Source: Rhizophagus irregularis (lineage: Eukaryota). From it: a stretch of 64,000 bases of DNA. The stretch covers positions 3,658,001 to 3,722,000 of the forward strand of contig NC_089429.1 in assembly GCF_026210795.1 (NCBI RefSeq). Reading direction: 5' to 3'. Positions within the stretch are counted from its first letter, which is position 1. Every line of letters begins with the position of its first letter. Both the position numbers and the translations under genes were made by a program. Positions 11,288 through 25,625 of the stretch are shown one piece after another. The notes beneath the pieces are model-generated. The model did not search any database. It saw nothing but the letters and a program-made list of their open reading frames with translations, and was not told the origin of the DNA.

Positions 11288-13769
11288 CATCCTGTTATAT
11301 ACTTTTTTTGTAACAACCTCGGATTTATCACATGACATTACACAAAATTCCAAAAAAAGAAATTATTTTTCCCATTAAATTTGGAGAAGTAGGTAGCACC
11401 AGTATTGTACAAATTTCCAAAAAAGGAAATTTTCAATCATGTCATTAATTCTGGCCAGAATTATACTTTTTTGCACCAAATCTTGTAATTATTAGAATTA
11501 GCATTAATTTTGACCAAAATTATGCTTCACAAATCGCATTATGATGTGTGTAACTATTGTAATTATTGTCATTGTTACACATATTATGCACTGTTATACA
11601 CGTTACGCTATAACGCCATTATGCCACCAAAACTTTTTCATTATTTTCACGATATAACACTTCGCTCGCTTCACTCAACTTTTTACTTCAAGTTTTTTTG
11701 TTTTACAAGTTTTTTTTGCCCTAAAATTAACAAGGATCATTACAAGATGGACGTATCTGAATTGAATGTTCAAAAATTTACGCTTATAATACCACATAAA
11801 AGTATGTAAGTTCTTTATTTATATGCTTTATGTGGATACAATATCGTTTCTTATTTCAAAACATACAAACTTAGAGGAAGAATTAGGACAAGTACACCAA
11901 AACGATACTAATAAGGGTATATAGTGTATAGTATTTCTAATAATCTATCTGATTTTGTTTTTGCAATATTCAAACTTTTGTTTTCTCATGATATAGATAT
12001 AGAACAGGTTGAACTGAGTGATACTACAGAACCTCAGAACCTAGAAAGTAAAGGTAAAATTATTAGTTTCTTCATTGTTTCTTGTGTAAATATTCTGCAA
12101 TTCATCCAAATAGTAACTAAATCATTTTACCTTTGAAGATTCAACTACAGATCTTTGTATTGGTTGTATCTTTAAGTCATAGGATGACATTGATAATGTC
12201 ATGAAAGCCTTCGGTAAAAAGAATGGATTTACAATTATAAAGAAACGATTAGGTCAACACAAGGATGGAAACATAAAGCATCGAAGTTTTGGATGTGAAT
12301 TCGGTGGCCATTATCAATCACATAAACAGGTTGATATTAATAGTCATCGAAACTGTAAAACAAAACGCCTACAATGCCCATGGAATGCAAATTTCAATCG
12401 CACCCAAAACTCTCAAATTATAAAACTTACCACTTTCAATAACTCTCACAACCATACGTTATTTCCTGCTGATACTGAAAAGTATTTACCAAAATACCGT
12501 TATATTCCTGATGATGTTCTTAAAGAAGTTCAATTTCTCACTGAATATGGAAATCTAGCGATCACTACTTAAAGAAAGTTATTAAAGGCAAAATTTCCAA
12601 CTCTCTCTATCCTTGATTGTGATCTCGCCAATGCAATACAAAAATATAAGGTTAAGCCAGATATAGTACATGATGCATCTCATTTACTGAAAACACTAAT
12701 CGAGTATAAGTCAAACAGTCCTGGGTGGTTCATTGAATTTCAACTAGATCAAGAAATAGGCTTTCTTGATTATTTTGGATGTCTCCAACACATATTGCTC
12801 TTTGGTTGGAGTATCACGATATCATTTTAAACGATAATACTGCAAAAACCAACCGATATAACATGCCACTTTCACTCTTTCTTGCCGTTGATAATAATAC
12901 TAGATCTCGTCTTGTTGCACAGGCACTTATATCTGATGAAACAACGGAATCTTATAAATGGATCTTAGAGTGCACAAAAAAAGCAACAATGATCAAACCG
13001 TTAGTATTTGTTACTAACACGGATCCTGCTATGGATGCGGCAATTGAACAAATATATGAAACAACTTACCCAATTCACTATATCTTTCATATAAGCGAAA
13101 ATCTGCCAAAAAACACGAAATTCAAACTTTCTAATTAGTACGATGATTTTGTTCGTGACTTTTATCATTATCGCAATAGTTTGTGTGAAAAGAAAAAAAC
13201 TTCTTATGAAAGATGGGCGAAATTATTGAAAAATATTCAAGTGTGAAAGATTATTTAATGAGAACCCTTTATCCCAGCCGGCGGGCATGGGCTCGAGCAT
13301 TCATGTCAAGAATATTTACTGCGGGATCTAAACCACTTCACGCGTGAAAGGTTATAATAACATTATTAAACATGAGTTAACATCAAATAGTACCTTGTAT
13401 AATCTCACAAGTGCCCTTGATGCTCGGCTCAAAAGTGAGGTAAAATGGAATCAATTCTTTGAATATCAAACCCTATCAACCTGTATGGGAATCGCATCAG
13501 TTGGCCATGATCTTTTTCCAAAAGTGGATAAATTATTGTCCGAATATTTGACTCCTCACATTTTATCTGCTGTACGTTCTGAAATAGCGCAATGTCTCTA
13601 TTTTATTGCAAGTAAAGTGGAGTCAAACATTATTGAGGTAATTTGAAGTCTATTTTTTTGTGTTAGAAATTAGTAACGAATCATTTTTTTTCATTTTTGC
13701 CATATAGGATCCAAGTGTTAGTATAACAGATGGATGTATTGAAGATAAATATGATGCCAAGCAAACCTT

Positions 13770-14064
13770 TCCTATAAAAAAAGAAAATTCGGAATCTGTC
13801 CTGAAAAGTATGGAAAATGTCCGGAAAATTTTCGTGCGTCCAGAAAACATTCAGAAACGGTCACGTTTTGGAACACTTTCCGGACGCACAAATTCCAGAC
13901 ATTTTCTTGACACTCCAGAATTTGTCCAGAATTTGTCCAGAATCGAGCGTCCAGAAAATGTTCCAAAACATGACCGTTTCCGAATGTTTTCCGGACGCAC
14001 GGAAAATTTCCGGACATTTTCCATACTTTTCAAGACAAATTCCGAATTTTCTTTTTTTATAGGG
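13770..14064. mobile_element. Near-fully palindromic MITE with CCCTA-type ends and 3-bp TSD (CACTA-like)
   Basis: TIR (C/T)CCTATAAAAAAAGAAAATTCGGAA extending almost to the centre; TSD CTT; removal restores DAKQTLLKSMIAEVG. Confidence 0.88.
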
Positions 14065-14236
14065 CTTATTAAAATCAATGATAGCTGAAGTTGGTGAAGA
14101 AAGAGTTTGTGAACTATGGAAGATTACGGACGTGCGACCTGATAACAAAAAACACATACATTTCGTAATAATAATTGATCCTGTCTCATATCTCTGTTTG
14201 TGTATGTCTAATATATCCCGTGGTATTGTTTGTCGT

Positions 14237-14630
14237 TAAAGCTCTACATGAGCCAGCTTGAGCCGAGCCAAGGGCTAGCTCGGCTTGGCTTAGCTTAGCT
14301 TGTTCCAAAAGTTCACAAGCTGGCTCATTTTCAAAATCATATAAAATTTATTATAACTAAAATTTCAAAACGTGATAACTTCGCCAATATTGCTCCAAAT
14401 TTAATGATTTTACTACCATTAGATTCGTCTCATCAAGAGGAATCGAATGGTAGTAAATTTATTAAATTTGGAGCAATATTGGCGAAGTTATCATGTTTTG
14501 AAACTTTAGTTTTAATTTTTAATAAATAGAGTCAGGGTAACATCAAGCCAAGCTATAACTGCAACTTAGTTTGGCTTGGCTTAGTGCAGCTTAAAAGCTC
14601 ACAAGCTGGCTCAGCTCATGTAGAGCACTA
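14237..14630. mobile_element. hAT-type MITE with a central ~145-bp palindrome
   Basis: TIR TAAAGCTCTACATGAGC/GCTCATGTAGAGCACTA; TSD TTTGTCGT/TTTGTCAT; interrupts the SWIM motif. Confidence 0.88.
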
Positions 14631-16089
14631 TTTGTCATCATTATTTTCGAGTAATGATGATTTTAGCAGTGGCTGGCTTTCAAATTCAGATGATACCTTC
14701 ACGATGGTATGTTGATGATCAAAAAAGTAAGGATGCTGGTGCAACAACTCTTTTTGTAAGCCAGGAGTCCATGTAAAATTTTTCGGGTATAATATTTGTT
14801 CCAAATCCTTTGGCTATTCCTACAACTGTTACCCATGTTTTATATCGTGCAACAAAAAAAAAGATGAAGTATGGAGAAGTGTAGGGCTTGCACGGCAGGC
14901 AACTCAACTTGCTGTTGAGCATGATAGTCATGGTGAGATAATTGGATGGTTAAAAAAGTTTATTGACAAGCACAAAGAAATAGAAATCGCGCAAAACCAA
15001 GACCTTATGGAAGTTCAAGTGAATAACAACAAAGAAAACGAACCTTTACAAGTTGAAAATCCGCTAGTTTCGCAACGTAAAGGGCGTCCAGAAACAAAGT
15101 GATATAAATCCTCAACTGAAACAAAGTCTCACGTGAAATATACCTGCAAAATGTGTGGTCAAACAGGACATAATAGCGCAAGGTGCCAGAATCGGTAATA
15201 TATCTATCTTTGTTTTGATTCTTTGTCTTGACTTATTTTTTGACAATTCACTTAATGATATGTTATGTTTGCAGAAGCCATTTACATTTATAGAGTGCAT
15301 ATAGTTAAGTTTCTTTAAATAAATGCGCGTTGATACTTGTACTGTGCATTTTATTTTTGTGCAATAATCAGTTCAAAGCCACCAAAATCACGTGATTTTA
15401 TAATAAATAAATATATAAATTCGATATTATAAAAAAAGCAATAAATTTAAAATTTTTAAATTTTATAAAATTTTTATCCGACCTAATTTTCTGAGGTTGT
15501 TACAAAAAAAGTGTATAACAGGATGTTACAAATAAATTTATCCATAATGTATACTAAAATTTTAATTATAGCTTAATTTTACTTCACATATTAATTTTTA
15601 TCTAAATTGGAGTATAATTAAGTAACTTTACTAATGAGATTTTGAGATTTAATATAAAATAAGTATTTCATCATATGGGCTGATTTGTCTACTCTGCATT
15701 AAAAAGAGTTATTAATTGATTTTCACAATTTTTATTACTCAAAATTGTTTTATAATACCAAAAAATCATCTGATTGATGATCACTTGACTAAATAATAAG
15801 TTAAACAAAAATTTACATTTGCAAAACTTAAATTATTAAATGTAAAAGAGTTGTGAAAAAACCCATTTCACTAATAAAAAACCTATTTCTCATATATATA
15901 GAATTTTTAACATATATTATTAAAAAGTAAGTATATTTTAATAAAATATAAAGTAAAATAAAAATTTATATAGCCTTAGTAGCTATAAATGTTTATAAAA
16001 GTATAATAAAAATATCATATAAAAGATGGTATCATAATAAATATTTTCAAACAATAAAAATAATTATTTTATGTCGGAGTTTGTATTAC

Positions 16090-16420
16090 CATCTTTAGAT
16101 GCAAATATATCAAGATTCACTGATCCATTTTCTATAAATTTAGGCACGTTGGAATGCCCTTGTTCTGGACTTTATAGGCGAAAAAAGAGCTTGCCGATTG
16201 AATCATTAGATCCAAAGATATTTACGTTTAAAGTTGAGGTACGAACTTTTTAACATGCTTAAATGCAAATATCTTGGGATCCACTAATCCATTTTTTATA
16301 AATTTAGGCTCTTTGGAAAGCCTTTGATGTGGTCTATATAAACGAAAAAAGAGCTTGCCAATTGGATTACTGGATCTGGAGATATTTACATTTTAAGTTG
16401 AGATACAAAATTTTAACATA
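16090..16420. repeat. Two direct copies of a ~165-bp imperfect palindromic unit
   Basis: ATGCAAATAT..GATCCA..TTGGAA.GCC..GAAAAAAGAGCTTGCC.ATTG.AT..GATC..AGATATTTAC repeated twice. Confidence 0.6.
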
Positions 16421-16988
16421 TATAATAGTAAGTGCTAACTTCTTTTCTACTGTCTAGACAATAAAAAAATACATACATATTGCTGATTTATTTTATATTA
16501 ATAAATATTTATATCCTAGTATTTTTTTCATTTTTACAATAAAATCATTAATATTGTCTACTAATTTGAAAATTGAGAATTTTTTAATATTCCTTGTCAT
16601 ATATTAAGAAAACTATATTTTTATATATGCTGAATCTATTCAGAATATTAGAATTCAAAATATTAGAATTAAGGATATTTAAATTTGAGATATTGGAATT
16701 CAAGATATTGGGATTTAGGATTCAGAAAATTAGACTTTAGGAAATGGAAATTGAAAAATAAGGATTCAAAAAATTGTATATTTCAGGAAAATATTTAGTT
16801 CAGAAAATTGGCATTTAGGCAAATGACTTCAGGAAAAGATATATTTAGGAAAAAGGCATTCATGAAATTGTAACCATCATATATAATTGCTGATCACTAA
16901 TTTTATTATTTAATTATTTAATTGATTTTATACTACTATTATCAGCGATATTTAATTATGCTGCTAGTTCTTATATAAAATATATATA

Positions 16989-17890
16989 GAGTATTGCTAA
17001 TCTTAACCAGAAGATAATTCCTCCCCCTCTTATTAAGAATTTAAAAAAAAATAAACTTTTTTTATGAAATATATAAAATAAATATAATTGGATATTAATC
17101 GCATAAAAATTTGTCAATTCTTAGTTTTAAAAAAAATTTTTATTATAAAAAATACAATTTAACTATAGAAATCAAAATTATGTAATTTTCTTAAAAACCA
17201 TCTGAACAACTACCTTTTTTAACTTAATAAAACCTTTTCTTTTCATAAATTTACATATAATTTTATTCTTACATTACTATTCCTTAAACTGTAGGGATTA
17301 AAATTAACTTTAAAAATTTTTGAATTTTTAAAATATTTTAAGATCTAGTGATTATAGAAAGATGAAATTATATTTGTAAGGCACATTTAATGGTAATAAA
17401 ATCATAACTCTAAAATTGATAGATAAAAAGTTATATTAATTTATAAATTTTTAGATTTTATAAGTTATTCTGTCACATAATATTTGCAGAAGAACAATTT
17501 TATTTCTATCAGATTCTTCTCATTAAGACGCATCAAATGGTGGTAATTTTATGTTTCTAGGGTTAATGGATAAAAAGATATTTCAATTTGAAAAATTTAG
17601 CTACTATTTATTATAATTTGTCGATCATTTACTTTTAAAAAATCATTAATCAAATTGAACTTTTTTTTCAATTTTTACTTAGAAAATACTATAGAATTTA
17701 TTACAAAAATATTGGTTTATGTAATAAAATATTTTAAGATTATATTTAAAAGTGTCTTTAATTAAAAAACAAAATTGCAGGCAAATTTGGTTGCAAAACA
17801 GTTTAAGGGATACAAGTCAATATTTTAATTAAAAATTGAAATAAAGGGAAAGGGGAGAAAAATTCCCCCAGGTTAAGTTTAGTAATTCTC
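16989..17890. mobile_element. Mutator-type MITE containing a nested element
   Basis: TIR GAG(T/A)ATT(G/A)CTAA.CTTAACC; 9-bp TSD ATATATATA. Confidence 0.65.
17281..17809. mobile_element. TIR element with CCCTTAAAC-type ends (possibly piggyBac-like)
   Basis: (T/C)CCTTAAACTGT ... ACAGTTTAAGGG, flanked by AT on both sides; related ends at 48953-50423. Confidence 0.55.
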
Positions 17891-18127
17891 ATATATATAA
17901 AGCTGAAATTAAACCTAAAAGCCAAATTTAAAGTCATAATAATTAAAATTAAGATGAAATTACATCAACTACTTTTTAGTTTTTTAGATTTTTTAGGCAT
18001 ACTTGCTTATGCAATAAGTAATCTCAATTGCATCGCCATGAGATCGCTTTAAAAAACCTGCCTCTTTGAATGATGATTTATTAATTACTTTATTTTGAAC
18101 AACTTTCATTGTTTTATGAATACATAA

Positions 18128-18304
18128 GGGAGCTTACAGATATTACGTAATTATCAAAGGAAGGAGGGGGTAACCAAAATCTTACGTTACACTTAATAAA
18201 ATATATAATTTATAAATATTATAATTTGATTGGTTATTAAATCTGACAAGGGGGGGGAGTAAATTTATATTAAACTGAATATTACGTAATATATGTAACT
18301 TCCC
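18128..18304. mobile_element. PIF/Harbinger-type MITE, copy 1
   Basis: TIR GGGAGCTTACA.ATATTACGTAAT; TSD TAA. Confidence 0.8.
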
Positions 18305-19791
18305 TAACTAATAAATCATATAAAGATTTATAAGAAATAATAACTAAATAACTAAATTTTCATGATAATAACAAATCATACCTTTAAATTAAAGACTGCA
18401 GCAAGTAGTAACAATACAGAAGAAAAAATCAGTCATCATCCAGAACTTCAAGTACTTCGCCCTGAATTAATTTACATACATATCCATAAGGATCATTATC
18501 TAGATATAATATCATTATGAAAAGCTCTACAATTGTAAAATTAATTAAGTCATAAAATCAAGTTGTTAAAAAACATCAATAATATTTATCAGAATAGATT
18601 ATTCCTATAATTTGTATTTTTTTTCTTTTATCAATATTCCAATTGACTCTTATTAATAATTTGACAATTATATTCTTAAGCATCTTTGGTAATTTTAATT
18701 TGGATTTAGTTAAAATTTTTATATCATATTCATCAGTAAATTTTCTTCTAGCCTCACCGGCTCTAAACTCATTATTGTCTTTATTGTCTACTGATTTTAA
18801 AATTCAGTCACTACAGTGATTAAGTTTTTTTCTATTACTTAATTTTTTTTCAATGTTCTTTTTATTTGATGTGGCTACACTAGTACTTTTTTCTCTTAAA
18901 GAATAATGAAATTTTAAATATTGTAGCTAAGCTAATATGTTGCAATAATAAAAAGTAAAATCATTACTGAACTATTAATATTCTATTAATATCACTAAAA
19001 TCTTGATCTATGATTAGAAATCATATATGACAGTTATACCATGATTTGAGATTTTTCTGTTTTAATAATTATTATAAAATAAAAAAAAAGTTTGACAAAA
19101 TTAATATTACAAATAAATTTCATATTATAAATAATTCATTAAATAGCTTTTATTATTTCATAAATATATGACTAATAAATTTCTTTTTAATTAACATAGT
19201 TATAAACTATATATTCTATATTATCTATATTATTATATATTAAAATTTCAAGTATTATTAATATGTATATTTTTGGGTAATTAATAAAATATAAATTCCA
19301 TTATTTTTGTTCAAGTAATGTATATATATACATATTTTATTTATATATATTTTTTCTTTCTTTTTTTATCAATAGAAATAAATAAATAAATAGTATCAAA
19401 TTTGCCAATAAACTGTCTCAAATAAAATCAGATTATTAAAAAATATCAATAATATTCATCAAAATAAACTATTTTTACAGTTTGTATTTTTTTCTTTTAT
19501 CAATATTCCAATTAATACTTCCCAATTATTTGATGATTATGTTTTTAAACATCTTTAATAATTTTAACTTAAATTCAGTTAAAATTTTTATGTTATATTC
19601 ATCAGTAAATTTACTTTTAATCTCAAATCTAGATGCATTTTTTTATTTTATATAATTTGTTTTCATTTTTCATGCTGTAGGATCTGAATTCAATTGCTTC
19701 ATCTATCATTAGATTTATTGCATTTCTTTTTAATTTAATTTTATAAAAATATTTATTATTATGGATTGTAGTAATATCATTGTTATACTTA

Positions 19792-20202
19792 AGGGAGTTA
19801 CACATATTACGTAATATTCAGTTTAATATAAACTTACTCCTCCCCTCCTTGTCAGATTTAATAACCAATCAAATTATAATATTTATAAATTATATAATTT
19901 TATTAAATGTAATGTAAGATTTTGATTACCCCATGATCCTACTTACTTATAAGATAGGTCACCCCCAGGCCTAAAGTAAAAATCATATATAAAATTCTTT
20001 GCAGATCCTATTATAAAAGGAAATTTTATGTTATATTGTTATAATTTTTTCCTTTTTAGCTAATTAACCAATAGAATTTAAGAAAAAAGTAAGGTAAAAA
20101 CTATTAGTAAAGGGCCAATTTTTTACAGTGACCTTTATTATAAATAAGCGGAGTCCTGTTACCCTCCCTCCTTTAATAATTACGTAATATGTGTAAGCTT
20201 CC
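19792..20202. mobile_element. PIF/Harbinger-type MITE, copy 2 (inverted), with a nested ~227-bp TIR insertion at 19932-20158
   Basis: Reverse-complement match to 18128-18304; TSD TTA; insert has CA(T/G)GA..CTTA.TTATAA ends with duplicated TTACCC. Confidence 0.75.
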
Positions 20203-22799
20203 TTATTCTATTTATATTAAACTTTTAGTTTTTTAGATTTTTTAGATATACTTGTGTAATGAGCAATCTCAATTGCATCATCATAAGATTGTTTTAAAAA
20301 ACCTGGTTTTTTGAATAATGATTTATTGATTTCTTTATTTTCAAATTGTGAATTGATCTATAAATTGTTATAATATATTCTTAATAATTATTATAAAATA
20401 AAAAAAAGTTTGACAAGATTAATATATTACAAATAAATTTCATATTATTAATAATTTATTGAATAGCTTTTATTATTTTATGAATACATGACTAATATGA
20501 CTAATAAATTTTCTTTTTAATTAACATAGTTGTGAACTATAAAATTTTGAATATATATTTTGTATTATTTATATTATTATAGATTAAAATTTCAAGTGTT
20601 ATTAATATATATATTTTTGAATAATTAATAAAGTATGAATTCCATTATTTCTATCCAAGTAGTATATATATATATACATATTTTATTTATATATATAATT
20701 TCTTTTTTTTTTATCATTAAAAATAAATAAAAAAATAAATAGCATCAAATTTGACAATAAACTGTTTTAAATAAAATCAGGTTGTTAAAGAATATTAATA
20801 ATATTCACAAAATAAATTATTTTTACAGTTTGTATTTTTTTTCTTTTATCAATATTCCAATTAATTCTTTCCAATTATTTGATAATTATGTTCTTAAACA
20901 TTTTTAGTAATTCAGTTAAAATTTTTATGTCATATTCATCAGTAAATTTACTTTTAATTTCAGATTTAGATGCATTTTTTATTTCATACAATTTGTCATC
21001 ATTTTCCATATTATAGAATGCTGTAGAATCTGAATTCAATTGCTTCATTTATCATTGGATTTATTGCATTTTTTTTTTAATTTAATTTCATAAAAATATT
21101 TATTATTATAAATTGTAGTAACGTCATTATTATACTTATTCTATTTATATTAAACTTTTAGTTTTTTAGATTTTTTTAGGTGTATTTGTACAATAAGCAA
21201 TTGCATTATTATAAAATCATTTTTAAAAAACTTGCCTCTTTAAATAATAATTTATTGATTTTTTTATTTTGAACAGCTTTTATTATTTCATGAATATATA
21301 ACTAATAAATCATATAAAGATTTATAAAAAATAATAACTTACAATTTGTCTTTATTTTCCATGTAGAATGCTATAAAATCTGAATTTAATTGCTGTATTT
21401 ATCATTGGATTTGTTGCATTTTTTTTTAATTTAATTTTATAAAAATATTAATTATTTAGATTGTAATAATGTCATTATTATGCTTATTCTATTTATATTA
21501 AACTTTTAGTTTTTTAAATATTTTAGATGTATTTATACAATGACCAATTTCAATTGTATTATCATAAAATCATTTTAAAAAACTTGTCTCTTTGAATAAT
21601 GATTTATTGATTTCTTTATTTTGAACAGCTTTCATTATTTCACAAATATATGACTAATAATAAATTATATAAAGATTTATAAGAAATAATAACTTACAAT
21701 TTATTTTTATTTTTCATGTAAAATGCTGTAGAATTTGAATTCAATTGTTACATCTATTATTGGATTTATTGCATTTTTTTTAATTTAATTCCATAAAAAT
21801 ATTTATTATTATGAATTGTAGTAATGTTATTATTTGTGCTTATTCTATTTATATTACTTATGCAATGAGCAATCTCAAATGCATTATTATAAAATCATTT
21901 TAAAAAACTTATTTTTTTAAATAATAATTTATTGATTTCTTTATTTTAAATAGCTTTCATTATTTTATAAATATATCATTAATAAATCATATAAAGATTT
22001 ATAAGAAATAATAATTTACAATTTGTCTTTATTTTCATATAAAATGCTAGAATTTGAATCCAATTGTCGCAGTCATCATTGGATTTGTTGCATTTTTTTT
22101 AATTTAATTCTATAAAAATATTTATTATTATAGATTGTAGTAATATTATTGTTTATTCTATTTATATATTTTTTTTTTAATTTTTAGTTTATTAATTATA
22201 ATACTTGGAATTATACAATATAAGTAAATTACATTACAAAATATACAGTAAATAGGTTAACTACTCCTGCAGTACAATGAGAATACATTAATAAACCTGG
22301 TGCAAATGCACCTATGAATTAAAAGAAAAAAGATGCAGGAAAAATAGAAACAAAAAAAAAAGTCCCACATACAAAAAAGAAAATAAAAAACAAATATGTA
22401 AAAATAAGGAAATAGTCAGTAATGAAGCCACCCTACTACCATTGGTAAATTTTTTAGGATAAAAATCTGCAAAGATCTCTGGCCTAAATTTCTGCACAGA
22501 TCTGCTACCCTATCAACACATGTCAGAGAAAATTTTTTAATAAAATCTATACAGATCTGCAAATGTTAAAAAATCTGCACAGAATTTTAAAAATAAATCT
22601 TCAGAATTTTTCAAAACAACTCAAATTCAGTTATCTGCTATTGAATGTTAACTAGTATCAATTTATTTAATTTATTTAATAAAAGTATTACAAATTATAT
22701 GTACAAATTAATTAAACTACACTAATTATTCTATACTACAAATTTATACGTTGTTAATAGTTTGGACATTGTTCCAGTTAGTTCGATTCTAACAAATAA

Positions 22800-25625
22800 T
22801 GGAGACCTACAAATGAAAAAAAAATTTCAAAGCAAGCAGCTTCAAAATATATAATCCAGCAGTCCAGAATCTAAACGCAAAAGAAACGATTATTAGTATA
22901 ACGATCATTAAAAAAAAAATATATAATCCAGCAGTCCAGAATCTAAACGTAAAAGAAACGATTATTAATATAACGATCATTAAAAAATAGAACTTTAAAG
23001 TATTTACCTTTGAAGTTTTTAAATACTTTAAAGTTCTTCATAATGGAAAACTGTAACCTAAAATAAAGAAAAAAATGAACATTAGTATAATATTCATTAA
23101 AGAAAGTAAAACAAAAAAAGAACTTCAAAGTGTTTACTTTCGAAGTTTTTTACTATTACAGTTTACCATCCTAAGGATTTTCAGCAAAATGTGAATCTAG
23201 AATCTAAAATAAAAGAAGAATGAACATTAGTTCACATTCGCTAAATAAAATTAATAAAAAAAATTTTATTCGAAGAAATACCTTCGAATTCTAAACATTT
23301 TGTTGAACAAAAAAAAATAAAAATATAATTTTAAAGATATTTACCTTAAAAATCCCTCCTTCTATTTCTTACATTCTAAGTCTGGTTCATTTAAAGAAGC
23401 TTGACAACCTATAAAATGAATAAAGAACATTAAAAATGTTCTTTTATAAGAAAAAAAAATTATAAAGTTTCACAATGAGACGTTGTGAAATTTACTTTTA
23501 TCCGTTTTAGGAATCTTTGAAGTACTGAAACTACAAAAAAAATAAAAATAAAAATAAAATGTTAGTTACATTTCATTTAAATAAAAACAGAAAAAAACAG
23601 AATTTTAAAGTTTACCTTCGAAATTCTGTTCAGAAGGAGTTTGGAGTGCTGTATTCTTATAAAGAAATAAAAATGAAATATTAGTCAACGTTTCGTTTAA
23701 ATAAAAAATAAGAAAAAATAAAAGAATTTTGAAATTTACCTTCAAAATTCTATTTAGAAAGTATTTATGAACTCGTTCATAGACATACAAAAAGAAGAGA
23801 AGCGAAACATTAGTAAACATTTCATTTTCATAAAAAAAGCAAAAAAAAAATTTTAAAAATTACTTCGAAATTTTGTTCAGAAATCTCAGAACCTAAAAGA
23901 AAAATAAAAAACAACCGGTTAGTAAAAATAAATTATAAATGAAAAACAAAACTGAAAAAAATACACTCACCCAAAGTCTTAGAGACTGAAATCTAAAGAA
24001 AAACACAAAAAGATAATGCAAATTCACCTATTTGGAGATTAACCAAAACTTAAAAGATGAAAAAAAAAACAAAGATTTCAAAACGAAAAACAAAAAAGAA
24101 AAAAACCTAATGGTAAATTTACTTATAGTCTTGGGGAATTACTGAAACTTAAAGAAGAAAGAAAGAAAAAGTTAGTAAAAAGAAATTTGAAACAAAAAAA
24201 ACAAAAACAAAAGAATAAATGCAAACTCATCTGAAGTCTTGAAATCTTTACGTCTTATAACCTAAAAAAAAAATAAAAAACATTAGTATGATTAACATTT
24301 TGTTAAATAAAATCAATAAAAAAATGATACATTTCGAAGTCTTACAAAGTTCAAACTTATTTTTTGGCTTCCTTTACCTAAAAAAAGAAGACGAAACATT
24401 AGTTAATGTTCGTTAAAAAAAAATTATTTTTTTTTAAAAAGTTTATTTACCTTTAACAGAAGTCCAGAACTTTCTTTCAGCTTCCTCTACCTAAAAAAAA
24501 GAAGTACGAATATTAGTGAACATTCGTTTAAATGAAAAAAAAATAAAAATTCGAAGATTTTACCTTCAAAATTCTGTTTTAAAGGCAAAAATCTACAAAA
24601 AATAAAACTGAAATATTAGCTAATGTTTCGTTTAAATAAAATAAAAAAAAGAATAGAATTTTGAAGTATTACCTTCAAAATTCTGTCTGGAAGCCAAAAA
24701 CCTAAAAAAAATAAAAGAATGTTAGAAACTTTCTTTTATAAAAATAAAAAAAAACATAAGTTTCGTGATGAAAGTTCATCATAAAACTTACCATATTGAA
24801 GTTTTGGACCTTAGAGTACTAGAACCTATAAAATAAAAATAAAAAAAATGTTAGAAACGTTCTTAATAAAATAAAAAAAAATTTAAAGTTTCACAACAAA
24901 ATGTTACAAAACTTACCCTTTACTTATTTTAGGAATCTTTAGAGTACTGAAACCTACAAAAAAAAAGAAACCTAAAACACTTATTAGTAATGTTTCATTT
25001 AAATAAAAAAAATCAGAATTTCAAAGTTTACCTTCGAAATTATATCCAGGAGTGTCTGGAATGCTGTATTTTACAAAATACAAAAAAAGAAACGTTAGAA
25101 AATATTTTGTTAAATAAAATTATTAAAAATTTTTTTTTTTGAAGGTTTTACCTTTGATATAGAAGTCCAGAATTCGTTTTTAGCTTCCTTTACCTAAAAA
25201 AAAATATGAATATTAGTTAACGTTCATCAATAATTTAATTAAAAAAAATTCGAAGGTTTACCTTTGAAATGATTGCAAAAAACAAACAAAATAAATAAAT
25301 GAAAACATTAGTAAATATTTCATTAAATAAAACAAAAAAAAAATAAACGAAAAATTATTAGTATTTTGAAGATAAATACCTTCGAAATCCTGTTTTAGAA
25401 GCGATCGGAAAGCCATAGAAACCTATAAATTAAAAAAACTAAAACATTAGCCAACGTTTTGTTTAGAAAACAAAAAAACTTGAATTTTAAAGTTTACCTT
25501 GAAATTCCACGCAGAAATCAACAGAAACTATAGACCTACAAAATAATGAAAACGAAATGTTAGTTAACGTTTTATTTAATAAAAATAAAAAAAATAAAAT
25601 TTTGAAGGGTTTACCTTTGAATTCC
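22800..25625 (-). repeat. Array of roughly 20-25 micro-exon/intron units (further units at 26625-27000)
   Basis: Minus-strand AAG|GTAAA/GTAAT donors (ttaccttcgaa on +), CTAAT/CTAAC branch motifs (cattag/gttag on +), poly(T)-TAG acceptors every ~100-130 bp. Confidence 0.75.

Larger units (their letters stand above)
12140..15198 (+). pseudogene. MULE transposase pseudogene: FAR1 DNA-binding domain, MULE DDE domain, SWIM finger, CCHC knuckle
   Basis: FGKKNGFTIIKKR..CPWNANF..HNH (12201-12572); DNTAKTNRYNMPLSLF..DETTESYKWIL (12779-13138); SWIM CLC..GIVCRHYF restored across a MITE; CKMCGQTGHNSARC near 15145-15186; stops and frameshifts. Confidence 0.9.
10508..15543 (+). mobile_element. Mutator-like element (MULE) with a decayed FAR1/FRS-type transposase and three nested MITEs
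   Basis: TIR G..AAAT.TATTTGTAACATCCTGTTATA..TTTTTGTAACAACCTC; 9-bp TSD ATAATGTAT (10499-10507, 15544-15552). Confidence 0.9.
17960..22170. repeat. Degenerate tandem/segmental repeat array (~300-360-bp modules) built partly from fragments of a nuclease-like pseudogene; resumes at 30170-32360
   Basis: Repeated TTATTCTATTTATATTAAACTTTTAG..GCAATCTCAATTGCATC..AAAAAACYTG modules; minus strand ~18600-18770 translates EFRAGEARRKFTDEYDIKILTKSKLKLPKMLKNIIVKL..KIQIIGII. Confidence 0.65.

Noticed and set aside
13650..14157. Six overlapping ORFs on both strands
   Set aside because: Artefact of a GC-richer palindromic MITE
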